Assembly (NCBI GenBank): GCA_048939995.1
Contig: JBHLOY010000001.1
Coordinates: 128,001 to 192,000, forward strand
Direction: 5' to 3'
DNA length: 64,000 nt
Source: Promethearchaeota archaeon
Lineage (GTDB): Archaea; Asgardarchaeota; Lokiarchaeia; Sigyniarchaeales; SOKP01
Part shown: one piece after another, positions 19,708 through 30,710 of the stretch
Layout of the letters: each line of letters starts with the position of its first letter
How positions within the stretch are numbered: the stretch's first letter is position 1
Notes under the pieces: generated by a model
Seen by the model: the letters and a program-made list of their open reading frames with translations, nothing else
What the model was told of the DNA's origin: nothing
The model's database searches: none
Program-made: the position numbers and the translations under genes

Positions 19708-21528
19708 TTACATCCCCCACCAGGGATGGTTAACTTTTCTCATTAAGATAACAAACTCTCTTAATGCTTCTTTTTGATCTGAAGTCAACTCATTAGTAAA
19801 TTTACCCATGAGTTGTCTCACATGAGATTCTGGAACGTTCACATATAAAGTTTCATCTTTTCCAATGTCTTTTCCTATCTCAATACCACGAATAGAAATA
19901 GCTACTTCAGAATCTCTAGTAGCTTTCTCTATAGTTTGACCTTTGTCTTGAATTTGATGAACTCGTCTAACTTTTTTGCCAGTATCAGTTACTAAAGATA
20001 CTTTTGGATATAAAGTACCCGCTTCTACATGTACTCCAAATACTGCAGGATCAGAATTTCTAAAGATATATTGCGGCATCATTTTAAGTTTCGCTGGCAA
20101 AATCAATTCGCTAAGTCCTTTAGCAGTATCCTCCGCCCTTCTTGTTTCAGCATATGCTATATACTCTTCTAATAGACGATATATTACATCATTAGTAAAA
20201 ATTCTAATATTATCAATATAGGCTTCTTCTTTAGCTTCAGGTAATATCGCGACATTGAAACCTAAAACAGCAGCAGAATATGGATCAAGATGCTTTACAA
20301 TATTTGCATTTATGATATCCTCCTTTTTAATGGATCCGACATCGGCAATGCTTATTTTAACACCGTTTTGAGTAAAGTGATTATTTAAGGCTTCAAGAGA
20401 TCCAAGTGTGTCTGCTTTTAACACAACTCCTGCTTTTTCTGTCTTTATTCTAATGCTTTGTACTTCATCTTCAATTTGTCTATAGATAATTTCTTCCTCA
20501 GAAGGACTGCCAATACCTCTTAGTGGTGATCCTGCTACTACATCATCAATATTAGGTGCTAAAATCTTTACACCAGCAGCTGCACTTACCATGTCCTCAG
20601 AATCAAACCTCTGACGAGGGTCTCTAATTTCATCTAATGGTTTTGGTCTTAATAACGCCCTAACTTTTGATTTAACTGGTTTTTCTAAACCACCTACTAT
20701 AAATTCATCTCCCTTATTGAGAATTCCATCGTAGATTAATACATCTAAGGTTACCCCTTGTCCTTTTTCTTTCTTTACTTCTAGAACCACTCCTTTCGCA
20801 GGACCTTCAGAAAATTTAAGATTCTTAGTTAAATACTGTTGAACTAAACCCATTAAGATCATCAGTAATGTCGATATTCCTTCACCGGTTTTAGCACTTG
20901 TAGGTATTATTGCTATTTTTTTAGTGAAATCTTTAATTTTATCGTATCTATCAATACCCTTAAAGCCCTCTTCTAGAAAGTTTCCCATTATTTGTAAAAT
21001 TTTCTCATCTAAATACTCCTTAACATGTGATTTTTGAGTATTATATGAATCAAGAAAATCAGCATCTTTTTTTGATTTCCATCCAGAAATTCTATCAATT
21101 TTATTGGCTGCAATTATAAAGGGTGTTTTCCTTTCTCGGAGTATTCTCACAGATTCCCACGTTATAGGTTGTGTTCCAGCAGTAACATCAATGACTAAAA
21201 TTGCGATATCAGCTACTGCACCACCTCTTCTCCTTAAATTTAAAAATGCCGCATGTCCAGGAGTATCTACAATGAGTATTCCTGGAAGTTTTATAGTTTT
21301 TTCAGCAAATTCCTGTTTTGATTTTTTAAGAAATTCTTTAATATCTTCAGTTGGGAAATAAGATGCCCCAATATGTTGAGTTATGCCTGCTGCTTCTCTC
21401 TTTTGAACTACCGTACCTCGAATATAATCAAGAAGTGATGTTTTTCCATGATCTATATGCCCTAGGATGCACGCTATAGGGGCTCGTATAGCCTTAGATT
21501 CTTCGATTTCTGTCATTATTAACTCCAA
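19708..21528 (-). CDS. infB: Translation initiation factor aIF5B (IF-2)
   Basis: RAPIACILGHIDHGKTSLLD, REAAGITQHIGA, DTPGH, NKID, KADTLGSLEAL; uninterrupted. Confidence 0.97.
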   Translation of the reverse strand: MELIMTEIEESKAIRAPIACILGHIDHGKTSLLDYIRGTVVQKREAAGITQHIGASYFPTEDIKEFLKKSKQEFAEKTIKLPGILIVDTPGHAAFLNLRRRGGAVADIAILVIDVTAGTQPITWESVRILRERKTPFIIAANKIDRISGWKSKKDADFLDSYNTQKSHVKEYLDEKILQIMGNFLEEGFKGIDRYDKIKDFTKKIAIIPTSAKTGEGISTLLMILMGLVQQYLTKNLKFSEGPAKGVVLEVKKEKGQGVTLDVLIYDGILNKGDEFIVGGLEKPVKSKVRALLRPKPLDEIRDPRQRFDSEDMVSAAAGVKILAPNIDDVVAGSPLRGIGSPSEEEIIYRQIEDEVQSIRIKTEKAGVVLKADTLGSLEALNNHFTQNGVKISIADVGSIKKEDIINANIVKHLDPYSAAVLGFNVAILPEAKEEAYIDNIRIFTNDVIYRLLEEYIAYAETRRAEDTAKGLSELILPAKLKMMPQYIFRNSDPAVFGVHVEAGTLYPKVSLVTDTGKKVRRVHQIQDKGQTIEKATRDSEVAISIRGIEIGKDIGKDETLYVNVPESHVRQLMGKFTNELTSDQKEALREFVILMRKVNHPWWGM

Positions 21529-21601
21529 GTAAAATTAGTTTCTTTCAATTAATGATCTAAATGTTCTTTATAATATAAAATAAGATATAAGTTAATTTAG
21601 G

Positions 21602-24472
21602 TTAATTGTGATTAAGATGTTGTTTAAGATATTTTCCAGTATAACTTTTCTCATCATTAATTATTTCCTCTGGAATACCTTCAGTTACAATATAACCCCC
21701 TTTTTCTCCTCCTTCAGGACCTAGATCAATGATATAATCAGCTGATTTTATTATATCCATATTATGTTCAATAACTATTACTGTATTCCCTTTATCAACT
21801 AATTTTTGGAGTACATTTAATAAGAATTGAATATCATACATATGTAGACCTGTTGTTGGTTCATCTAATATATAAAGAGTATTCCCTGTACTTGTCTTTC
21901 TTAACTCTCTAGCAATTTTTAATCTTTGAGATTCTCCACCACTTAATGTTGTAGATGATTGGCCTAGTTCTAAGTATCCTAATCCCACATCTACAACTGT
22001 TTTTAATGTTCTCTTTAATTTTGGAAAACTATCGAAAAATTCTAGGGCTTGAGTAAACGTCATTTCCAATACATCAGAAATTGTTTTTTCGCGATAAGTA
22101 ATTTCTAAAGTTTCAGCATTATATCGTTTTCCTTTACATAAATCACATCTTATAAATACATCGGGTAAAAAATACATCTCCTTGAGGATATAACCAGTAC
22201 CCCTACATTTTTTGCAATGTCCCTTTTTCGTATTAAAACTAAATCTCCCTTTCTTATACCCTCTTACTTTAGCTTCAGGAAGCCCGGCAAAAATATCTCT
22301 AATATAATCCAATGCTTTAGTATATGTTGCAGGTACCGAACGTGGTGTTCTACCAATTGGAGATTGATCAATATTTATAATTTTATCAATTTTTTCAAAG
22401 CTTTTTATTTCTTTAAAATCTCCAGTACTCATTCTTGAACTTCTCTTATTTATTAAATTGTGAAGCCCTTTAAATAAGCAATCAATAATTAAACTGGTTT
22501 TACCTGCCCCAGATACTCCTGTAATACAGGTGAACACTCCTAAAGGAATGTTTATATTAATATTTTTTAAATTATTTTCTCTAGCACCTAAAATTTCAAT
22601 ATATTCATTATTAATTTGCCTTCTTTTTCTTGGTAGTAAAATTCTCTTTTTTCCTGAAAGATATTCACCCGTTAATGTATTTGAACTTAAAATTGTATCA
22701 ATAGGACCTTCAGCTACTATTTCTCCCCCTTTCTCACCTGCTAATGGTCCTAAATCAATTATATGGTCTGAATTACGCATAATTGCTTCATCATGTTCTA
22801 CAACAATGACCGTATTTCCTAAATCCCTTAGTTTTTCTAACATTTTGATTAAGCGATCAATATCCCTCTGATGGAGCCCTACACTTGGTTCATCTAAAAC
22901 ATATAGTACTCCGACTAGACTTGAACCAAGCTGGGTGGCTAAACGAATTCTTTCTGCCTCTCCTACAGAAAGAGTATCTGATCTTCTACTTAATGTAATA
23001 TAATCCAATCCAACGTTATCTAAAAATGAAAGTCTAGCTGATATTTCTTTTAAGACTTCCTTGACTATTGCTTTTTGAACTTCGTCAAGTTCTAGTTCAT
23101 TGAAAAAGATAATAGAATCAATAACGGATAAGTTTGACAGTTCTGCTATATTTAAATCATTAATAGTTACTCCTAAGCTCTCTGGTTTTAATCTCTGCCC
23201 ATTACATTGCGGACAATTCACTTTGTTCATAAAACTTTCATATATCTCTCTTGCCCATTCTGAATTAGTTTCCATATACCTTCTCTGAAGCCAGGGAATA
23301 ATTCCTTCGAAGGATCTAACTACATTCCAAGAAGAGGTCTTTATATCATTATTATTATACCCATTATTTTCACTTTTAAAATGAAATTCAATAGTATCAT
23401 CACCAGTGCCAAACAAAATTTTATTTAATTTTTCTGGATCAATATTTTTAATCTTGGTTTTATTTGTATCAAATCCATAATATTTTGCAACTTGCTTTAA
23501 TAATTGCCAAGAATAACTGGTTAATGACCCAAATCCAGGGATATCTCTTATTGGAGTCTCTTGAAGAGGAACATTTAAATCGTCTCCTAATATTAATCCA
23601 TAATCCAATTCCATAACAGTTCCTAATCCACTACAATATTTACAGCTACCATGAGGAATATTAAAGGAGAACATTTTATGATCTAATTGTGGAATAGAAA
23701 TACCACAATCAACACAAGCAAGGTGCTCTGAATATACTTGCTCTCCTTTGCCAAGTACTTCTATTGCTACAATGCCTTCAGTCAAACTCAATGCTGTCTC
23801 TATTGAATCTGCTAATCTCGCCCTGATATCTTTTTTCATTATCAGCCTATCAACTACCACCTTAATATTATGTTTCACATTCTTATCCATTGATATTTCT
23901 TCATCTAACGTATATTGAATATTATCAACTTCTACTCTAAGATACCCTTGCTTTTTGAGGCTCAGCAATAACTCTTTATATTCTCCTTTTCTATCTCGAA
24001 TAACTGGAGCCTTTATTATAAATTTTTTATTTTCAGGAATTATTTCCAGTACTTGGTCTATGATTTGTTGAGGCGTTTGAGGTTTGATTTCTTTACCACA
24101 ATTAGGACAATGTGGAATTCCAACATTTGCAAACAGTAATCGATAATAATCATAAATTTCAGTTACAGTCCCTACTGTACTTCTCGGATTTTTAGATAAG
24201 GCTTTTTGTTCAATAGCTATTGCTGGAGACAATCCTTCAATAGAATCAACATCTGGTTTATCCATTTCACCTAAGAACTGCCGAGCATAACTTGATAGTG
24301 ATTCCAAAAATCTTCTTTGTCCCTCAGCATATAATGTATCCATAGCTAAACTGGACTTCCCACTACCACTGATTCCTGTAATCACAACTAATTTATTACG
24401 AGGAATTGTGACATCAATATTCTTAAGGTTATTCTGCCTTGCTCCTTTTATAATAATAGAATTGTTATTCAT
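21602..24472 (-). CDS. uvrA: Excinuclease ABC subunit A
   Basis: GARQNNLKNI, GISGSGKSS, second ABC module GVSGAGKT/LSGGE, Zn modules. Confidence 0.98.
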   Translation of the reverse strand: MNNNSIIIKGARQNNLKNIDVTIPRNKLVVITGISGSGKSSLAMDTLYAEGQRRFLESLSSYARQFLGEMDKPDVDSIEGLSPAIAIEQKALSKNPRSTVGTVTEIYDYYRLLFANVGIPHCPNCGKEIKPQTPQQIIDQVLEIIPENKKFIIKAPVIRDRKGEYKELLLSLKKQGYLRVEVDNIQYTLDEEISMDKNVKHNIKVVVDRLIMKKDIRARLADSIETALSLTEGIVAIEVLGKGEQVYSEHLACVDCGISIPQLDHKMFSFNIPHGSCKYCSGLGTVMELDYGLILGDDLNVPLQETPIRDIPGFGSLTSYSWQLLKQVAKYYGFDTNKTKIKNIDPEKLNKILFGTGDDTIEFHFKSENNGYNNNDIKTSSWNVVRSFEGIIPWLQRRYMETNSEWAREIYESFMNKVNCPQCNGQRLKPESLGVTINDLNIAELSNLSVIDSIIFFNELELDEVQKAIVKEVLKEISARLSFLDNVGLDYITLSRRSDTLSVGEAERIRLATQLGSSLVGVLYVLDEPSVGLHQRDIDRLIKMLEKLRDLGNTVIVVEHDEAIMRNSDHIIDLGPLAGEKGGEIVAEGPIDTILSSNTLTGEYLSGKKRILLPRKRRQINNEYIEILGARENNLKNININIPLGVFTCITGVSGAGKTSLIIDCLFKGLHNLINKRSSRMSTGDFKEIKSFEKIDKIINIDQSPIGRTPRSVPATYTKALDYIRDIFAGLPEAKVRGYKKGRFSFNTKKGHCKKCRGTGYILKEMYFLPDVFIRCDLCKGKRYNAETLEITYREKTISDVLEMTFTQALEFFDSFPKLKRTLKTVVDVGLGYLELGQSSTTLSGGESQRLKIARELRKTSTGNTLYILDEPTTGLHMYDIQFLLNVLQKLVDKGNTVIVIEHNMDIIKSADYIIDLGPEGGEKGGYIVTEGIPEEIINDEKSYTGKYLKQHLNHN

Positions 24473-24520
24473 ATCATATCCCTTTTTTATTATATTTACG
24501 ATTAATGAAAAGTTTCATGC

Positions 24521-26533
24521 TTATACCGCATAATCTTTTTTATATTCTTTGATTTTGTCTCTCAAGTATGCCGCATCTTCAAATCTAAGTTCTTTAGCAG
24601 CTAAAAACATTTTATTTTCTAAATATTGGACTATTAACTCTATATCTCCTTCGCTTTCCAATTCTTTAACTTTTTCTTTTACTATCTTTTTTAGTCTTTT
24701 CACTTCTTTTTCTTTATATTCCTGTTCTTCAGAGAGAGAATTTAGGATATTCTTTCTTATAGTTTGTGGTGTGACATTGTTCTCTTTGTTAAAATTCTGT
24801 TGCTTTCTTCTCCTTCTATTAGTTTCGTTAATCGCAGCCTTCATTGCTGAGGTAATTTTTTCCGCATATAATATAGCTCTCCCCTCAACATTTCGAGAAG
24901 CTCTACCAATAGTTTGAATTAATGATCTTGTATCTCTTAAAAATCCAAGCTTATCAGCATCTAAAATAGCTACTAATTTGACTTCAGGTAAATCAAGACC
25001 TTCTCTTAAAAGATTTATTCCAACAACTACATCAAAAGTTCCATCTCTTAATTGTCTTAAAATGTCAAATCTTTCCACAGTATCAACCTCTGAATGAAGG
25101 TATGAAATCTTAATTCCTAATTCAGAATAATATTCAGCAATATCTTCAGCCATTCTTTTAGTTAAGGTAGTTATTAAAACTCTTCCTTTACTATCCATAA
25201 CTTTTCTAATTTCACCTAATAAATCATCAATTTGATTCTTTGCTGGACGAATTTCAATCTCAGGATCTACTAATCCTGTTGGTCTAATAATTTGTTCTGC
25301 TGAAATTCCTTGAGACTTTTCAAGTTCCCACTCTCCTGGTGTCGCACTCATTAATATAATGAATTTAATTTTACTCTCCCATTCTTCAAACGTAAGGGGT
25401 CTATTATCATAAGCACTAGGAAGTCTCCAGCCATATTCGACCAGGTTTTTCTTACGAGAACGGTCTCCACCAATCATTCCATGGATTTGGGGTATTGTAA
25501 TGTGAGATTCATCAACGACAATCAAAAAGTCTTCTGGAAAGTAATCTATTAAACACATAGGAGGAGAACCAGGAGGTCTCCCATCTAAGTGCCTAGAATA
25601 ATTCTCAATACCTTTACACCATCCCATTTCTCTCATCATTTCCAGATCAAATTTTACTCTTTTTTCTATCCATTGAGCTTCAGGATACCTCTTTTCATCC
25701 ATAAATTTCTTTATTTGTTGTTCTAACTCTTCTTCTATCGATTTTAGTGCTTTCACTTTATTTTCCTCAGGAATAATAAAGTGGGTGGCTGGAAAAATTC
25801 TACAATTAGTAAGTTCCTTTATAATTTCATTAGATATAGGATGGATTTCTTGAATAGACTCGATTTCATCTCCAAAAAGGGATATTCGAATAGCAGTTTC
25901 AAGATATGCTGGAAAAATGTCAATTATATCTCCTCTTACTCTTACTACGCCTGGTCGAAACTCGATGTCCTTCCTCTCATAATTCATTTTAATAAGGCCT
26001 CTAATAATATCTCTTCGATTAATTCTTTGAGACACATTTAAAGAGATTGAAACTTTCTCCCATTCCTCAGGTGAACCTATTCCGTAAATACACGAAACTG
26101 TAGCTACAATGATAACATCATTTCTGGTTCTAATAGCATGGGTAGCAGCAAGTCGAAGACGTTCAATCTCCTCATTTACACTGAAATCTTTTTCGATATA
26201 CTGAGCTGTGACTGGCAAGTATGCTTCAGGTTGATAATAGTCATAGTAACTAACAAAATAATGGACTGCATTTTCAGGAAACAGTTCCTTTAATTCATTA
26301 TAAAGTTGTGCCGCGAGAGTTTTATTGGGAGCCATAATTAATGTGGGTTTCTGTATTTCTTGAATAATATTAGCTATAGTGAAGGTTTTTCCAGTCCCAG
26401 TTGCTCCTAATAAAGTCTGGAATCGTTTGTTATTTTTAATACCTTCTTTAAGGGCCTCGATGGCCGATGGTTGGTCTCCTTGTGGAGTGAATTCAGATTT
26501 TATGTTAAAACTAATACTCATAGGATGAATCAC
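24521..26533 (-). CDS. uvrB: Excinuclease ABC subunit B
   Basis: GDQP, GATGTGKT, YYDYYQPEAY, DESH, LIQTIGRASR, C-terminal UVR domain. Confidence 0.98.
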   Translation of the reverse strand: MIHPMSISFNIKSEFTPQGDQPSAIEALKEGIKNNKRFQTLLGATGTGKTFTIANIIQEIQKPTLIMAPNKTLAAQLYNELKELFPENAVHYFVSYYDYYQPEAYLPVTAQYIEKDFSVNEEIERLRLAATHAIRTRNDVIIVATVSCIYGIGSPEEWEKVSISLNVSQRINRRDIIRGLIKMNYERKDIEFRPGVVRVRGDIIDIFPAYLETAIRISLFGDEIESIQEIHPISNEIIKELTNCRIFPATHFIIPEENKVKALKSIEEELEQQIKKFMDEKRYPEAQWIEKRVKFDLEMMREMGWCKGIENYSRHLDGRPPGSPPMCLIDYFPEDFLIVVDESHITIPQIHGMIGGDRSRKKNLVEYGWRLPSAYDNRPLTFEEWESKIKFIILMSATPGEWELEKSQGISAEQIIRPTGLVDPEIEIRPAKNQIDDLLGEIRKVMDSKGRVLITTLTKRMAEDIAEYYSELGIKISYLHSEVDTVERFDILRQLRDGTFDVVVGINLLREGLDLPEVKLVAILDADKLGFLRDTRSLIQTIGRASRNVEGRAILYAEKITSAMKAAINETNRRRRKQQNFNKENNVTPQTIRKNILNSLSEEQEYKEKEVKRLKKIVKEKVKELESEGDIELIVQYLENKMFLAAKELRFEDAAYLRDKIKEYKKDYAV

Positions 26534-26646
26534 AAATCAGAAAGATGTTATAAACTAAGTATAAAATGAATATATAACTAATAAGACTACAAATATTCTA
26601 ATGTAGCATAATTTATGATTTTTATGAAATAGTGAAAAATAAAAAT

Positions 26647-29600
26647 TTAAGCTATCACGATTTCTTGATGGGTATCTTCAGCCCCTTCCATAGAACGAGC
26701 GGTTATTATTAACTTATCTCCAGTAATAATACTTCCGGGACTTAGTCCCAGAAATGTTTCAACATCTGTAAGTGAAATTGTAATAGTGATAAAACCACCA
26801 GAGTTTTGTATTTCAAATGAACTTCCATCTATAAAGCTGAAATTTGTTAATCGTACGTAAGTATTATTTATGTATACTGAATCTAAGGTAACATTTAATA
26901 ATCCGTTGTTTACAATCTTGATAACTAGCTCATCATCGCTTCTATCTGCCTCTGTAGTAATATCATCAATATTTATATTAAAATTAGTCGAATTAACGTA
27001 AGCATTAAATGTTGCAAAAGAGACTGCAGTAGTATTAGTGGTTATCTTTATATCAAATGTATTTGATGCATTTATTTTGAAATCTTGAATATTAAATGAA
27101 ACAAGTGCACATTCTTGAAAATCTAAATCAACATCTCCATAAATAAAGTTTACATCCGTTTCAAAAGATAATATGCTAGTTTCATTTATGTAAAGGTTAC
27201 TTAACCTAACGGGTTCTACTCCTGTATTTTTTATCAAGATTTGGCCAGTTTCATTCGCAGCTATAAAAGAGGCTTGTGTACCAAGAACACTCTTTATGAT
27301 CTTAATATCTGCTGAACTATTTACGCTTCGAATAAAACCAACATCCGCTGCTTTTATAGGTCCATCGAATGATGCAGACACAACTATACCAATGTCTTCA
27401 TTTACATCAACATCGAAGTAATCTGAAACAATGACCTTTATTGTTTTCTCTTCATTTGGGAAGATATTTACTTTCTTAGGATAAAAATTAACTTCATCGT
27501 CTGCAGTCCAAGCATCAGTTTGGGTTAAATATACTGAACCAATAGCCATAATTAAGTTCCCAGTATTTTTTATCTTAATATTCAATAATGTCGTTCCGTT
27601 ATCATAAGTATATGCATAGGTCTTATCTAACTCAATTGGGATATACTTCCTCAGAGAACTAGATGAAATAACTGATGCTTCTGGTGAAAGTATTCTATAT
27701 CGTGGTAAAAGGCTTATATCATAGTTCTCAGAATTAGGCACCATCAAGACCTCATCTTTTACCCCACCAGGGGTGATGACTCCAATTTTATGCACTTCTC
27801 CAAAATCAAGATCAAATGGAAAAAATTTGAGATCTGTAGTTATTTTAACATATGCTTTCTGTCCAACATTTAATATAGGAGAACCTTCTAAATAGATTTT
27901 TTGTGTAAAAATATTCTCTTCTGAATCAGCATAAAAATCATCTAAGATTACTACAGAATCACCAGTGTTTTCAACCTCAAGATAAATTTCTGCTTGATCT
28001 TCATTAATCTGTAAGACTTTACTGTTTAGTTCATTAATTTTAATCTTACTTGGCACAGCTTCTTTTACAAAGAATTTCTTAGTGGTATTGGAAAATGCAA
28101 ATGTTCTACCTTCTAAAGCTTCAGAATATGCTATTACCGAAATATTTACCACATCATTCTTCTCAAAAGGATTGCCACTTGACTTAATATCAACCCAAGC
28201 TAAGTCTTCCTCACCAGCAGGTATGATATCGGTATCCAAACCCTTTCCAAGATAATGATCATAAGAGATACCATTTATTAAAACACTTCTAATTTCCAAA
28301 TCCTTGGAACCTGTATTCTTGAGTTTGAAAGTGGCATATCCGGTGTCAAAGACTTCTGGATCTTTAATCTGGAACGATGATTCTAATGCTGTATAATCTA
28401 ATTTAAATAGTTTAACAAATCCACTTCGAGAGAAATACCATGGTATAAATACTTGAGAAAAGTATCCTCCATTTTCTGGGATACTATTAACCCAAAAATC
28501 TCCATCATTATCCTTTCTTACATTATTAATTTGGTTTCGATAATAATCTTCGAAGGTTTGAATGTTATCGCTAGAAATGGGGGCGGTTGAAACATTCCAA
28601 AACATTAATCGCACCACTTGAGACTGAAACCATAACTTTGTAGGACGTCCGGAGGTTTCATTATAAATCTCATCCTCAACAAATACTGAATTTGGACCCC
28701 AATTGTCTTCTTCTAATCCCCAACTTTTATATCTCTCGTAATGGTCATTACAGATACGCATCATCCAAGGCCATTTTCCTTCATCTCCGCCTAATTGGTT
28801 AAATAGATATCCGAAATAGACTAATACGTAATCTGCTTTCAGAAGTTTCAATATTTTAGCACTATAAATTTCATCTGATTGCATCAATGCCATACCAGTT
28901 AAACCTATTCTGGTTGAATTAATTGTCCCGTTATCATTTACCGTGGTCATATTTCCGATGGGGGTTATCCAGTATCCATAATCCCACCAACTGACAACAA
29001 CAGTCGAGCCTGGTAAATTTGTTTTCATCCAAGTAAGCGATTCTTCCCAATCGTGATAATAACCTCCAGGAGCTAGTTGACTTTGTCCTAATTGCGTAGC
29101 TGAATAATTTGAAGCGTGCCAGACTTGTGCAAGACACATAATTCCTACAATAAAGTATACAGCTACAACTTCACCTCTACCGATCATCTGTTTCACTTGT
29201 CGTTTTCTTTTTCTACTTATACTAATACGTTTTTCTCCAATGAAACTTCCAAATATTTTCAGTACATTCACTAACCCATATGCACCGACTATGCTAGCTG
29301 CAGGTGCAAATAATAAAATTATACGAATCATGCTCCCTGTAAAATAAAACAAAAATAAAACAAATATTATCAATAAGATATCAACTGCTTGAGATCTTCT
29401 GAATAAAAAGAATAGACCAAGAGGTATTAGCATTAGTGGAATTAAAGTATTATAATAAAATACACTCCATGAGCTTGGTGCATGTTCAGCTACAGATGCT
29501 GTAAGATGAAACGCATCCCGTAATAATGGGCTAAGAACACTCTGTAATCTCTTGCCGAATCCAAAAGGAATTATATCTGGGGCGATCCAAACTATTATTG

Positions 29601-30564
29601 CAAGAATTAGTATAGCTGGTATTAGTCCCCATTTAACTAAATTTATTAGTTTATTATAAAATCGAGGATATTGATTCCTCTTAATATGGATATAATGATA
29701 AACTACTAGAATAATTGCAAATAAAAAAGTACCACCTAATACAATGTTTGTAAAAAATGAGCTAAATTTAAAATTAGTGTACAACATAAAGGTAAGCAAT
29801 CCCATTCCAATCACCCCTGAATAAGCGATTAAAACGTTTGGAGTGTATTTTTTCGTAATGATTAGAATAAGAACGGTAATTGGTATTAAGTAATAAAGAA
29901 AATAATAACCACCCCAACCAAGGGAAAGATAACCTAAAAATAATCCTCCTAAAAGAGCATGGGTGATTTTACCGGTTCGGATTGCCTTTACAAAAAAATA
30001 AAGTGTCATGATAGTGGCAAAAACCCCGATAGTTTCATTATCAAAGAAGCCAGCAACTGTACGTTGCATATAACCAGGATTAAAGGCAAGGAAAAATGCT
30101 GCAACTAAACCCAGTTGTCGATTTAAGGTTTCTTTTCCCAATAAATACATGGCAAAAACAGTCAATCCCCCCATAAAAGCAGGGAAGTAAAAGCATATAT
30201 CGTATAGAGAGAGTGGTATTCCAATGGAATTAAAAAAGTTATAAATTATTACTACTGTGAAGGTTAGTCCAGGTCGTAAATTAAATCTATCAAATCCTTG
30301 AGGAAACCAACTTTTATAGTCGTGCCAATTGAAGTATTCAAACAATGAGTGTTGGGAAAGATATTCTGCATTATAATATTGAATCCATGGATCAAATGCC
30401 TTAATTAAATTATTACCTAGATAAACAGGAGATAACCTAATTACGATTGCTAGTACAATAACTAAAAGGAGAGCAATAAAAAGCAAAACATTCTGAGATT
30501 TAATAGTTACACCTGCTCTGAAACGATCCTTTAGATTTCGGAGTGATGATAAAATTTTAGGCAT
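26647..30564 (-). CDS. aglB: Oligosaccharyltransferase AglB/STT3 with long C-terminal array of beta-sandwich repeats
   Basis: FDPW, GFFDNE, SVAEH, WWDYG, DNGT, DEGK motifs; many TM segments. Confidence 0.95.
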   Translation of the reverse strand: MPKILSSLRNLKDRFRAGVTIKSQNVLLFIALLLVIVLAIVIRLSPVYLGNNLIKAFDPWIQYYNAEYLSQHSLFEYFNWHDYKSWFPQGFDRFNLRPGLTFTVVIIYNFFNSIGIPLSLYDICFYFPAFMGGLTVFAMYLLGKETLNRQLGLVAAFFLAFNPGYMQRTVAGFFDNETIGVFATIMTLYFFVKAIRTGKITHALLGGLFLGYLSLGWGGYYFLYYLIPITVLILIITKKYTPNVLIAYSGVIGMGLLTFMLYTNFKFSSFFTNIVLGGTFLFAIILVVYHYIHIKRNQYPRFYNKLINLVKWGLIPAILILAIIVWIAPDIIPFGFGKRLQSVLSPLLRDAFHLTASVAEHAPSSWSVFYYNTLIPLMLIPLGLFFLFRRSQAVDILLIIFVLFLFYFTGSMIRIILLFAPAASIVGAYGLVNVLKIFGSFIGEKRISISRKRKRQVKQMIGRGEVVAVYFIVGIMCLAQVWHASNYSATQLGQSQLAPGGYYHDWEESLTWMKTNLPGSTVVVSWWDYGYWITPIGNMTTVNDNGTINSTRIGLTGMALMQSDEIYSAKILKLLKADYVLVYFGYLFNQLGGDEGKWPWMMRICNDHYERYKSWGLEEDNWGPNSVFVEDEIYNETSGRPTKLWFQSQVVRLMFWNVSTAPISSDNIQTFEDYYRNQINNVRKDNDGDFWVNSIPENGGYFSQVFIPWYFSRSGFVKLFKLDYTALESSFQIKDPEVFDTGYATFKLKNTGSKDLEIRSVLINGISYDHYLGKGLDTDIIPAGEEDLAWVDIKSSGNPFEKNDVVNISVIAYSEALEGRTFAFSNTTKKFFVKEAVPSKIKINELNSKVLQINEDQAEIYLEVENTGDSVVILDDFYADSEENIFTQKIYLEGSPILNVGQKAYVKITTDLKFFPFDLDFGEVHKIGVITPGGVKDEVLMVPNSENYDISLLPRYRILSPEASVISSSSLRKYIPIELDKTYAYTYDNGTTLLNIKIKNTGNLIMAIGSVYLTQTDAWTADDEVNFYPKKVNIFPNEEKTIKVIVSDYFDVDVNEDIGIVVSASFDGPIKAADVGFIRSVNSSADIKIIKSVLGTQASFIAANETGQILIKNTGVEPVRLSNLYINETSILSFETDVNFIYGDVDLDFQECALVSFNIQDFKINASNTFDIKITTNTTAVSFATFNAYVNSTNFNINIDDITTEADRSDDELVIKIVNNGLLNVTLDSVYINNTYVRLTNFSFIDGSSFEIQNSGGFITITISLTDVETFLGLSPGSIITGDKLIITARSMEGAEDTHQEIVIA

Positions 30565-30710
30565 ATTTTTAATTTAAATTCTTTTATTTTAAATACTAAT
30601 TTCAATATGAAATTAGAAATTAAACTTAGATATAAAAAAAATCCTTATCATTAAAAGATTATTTTTTAATATATTAAACGGTCTTGATATTATAACAAGA
30701 TATCAATTTA

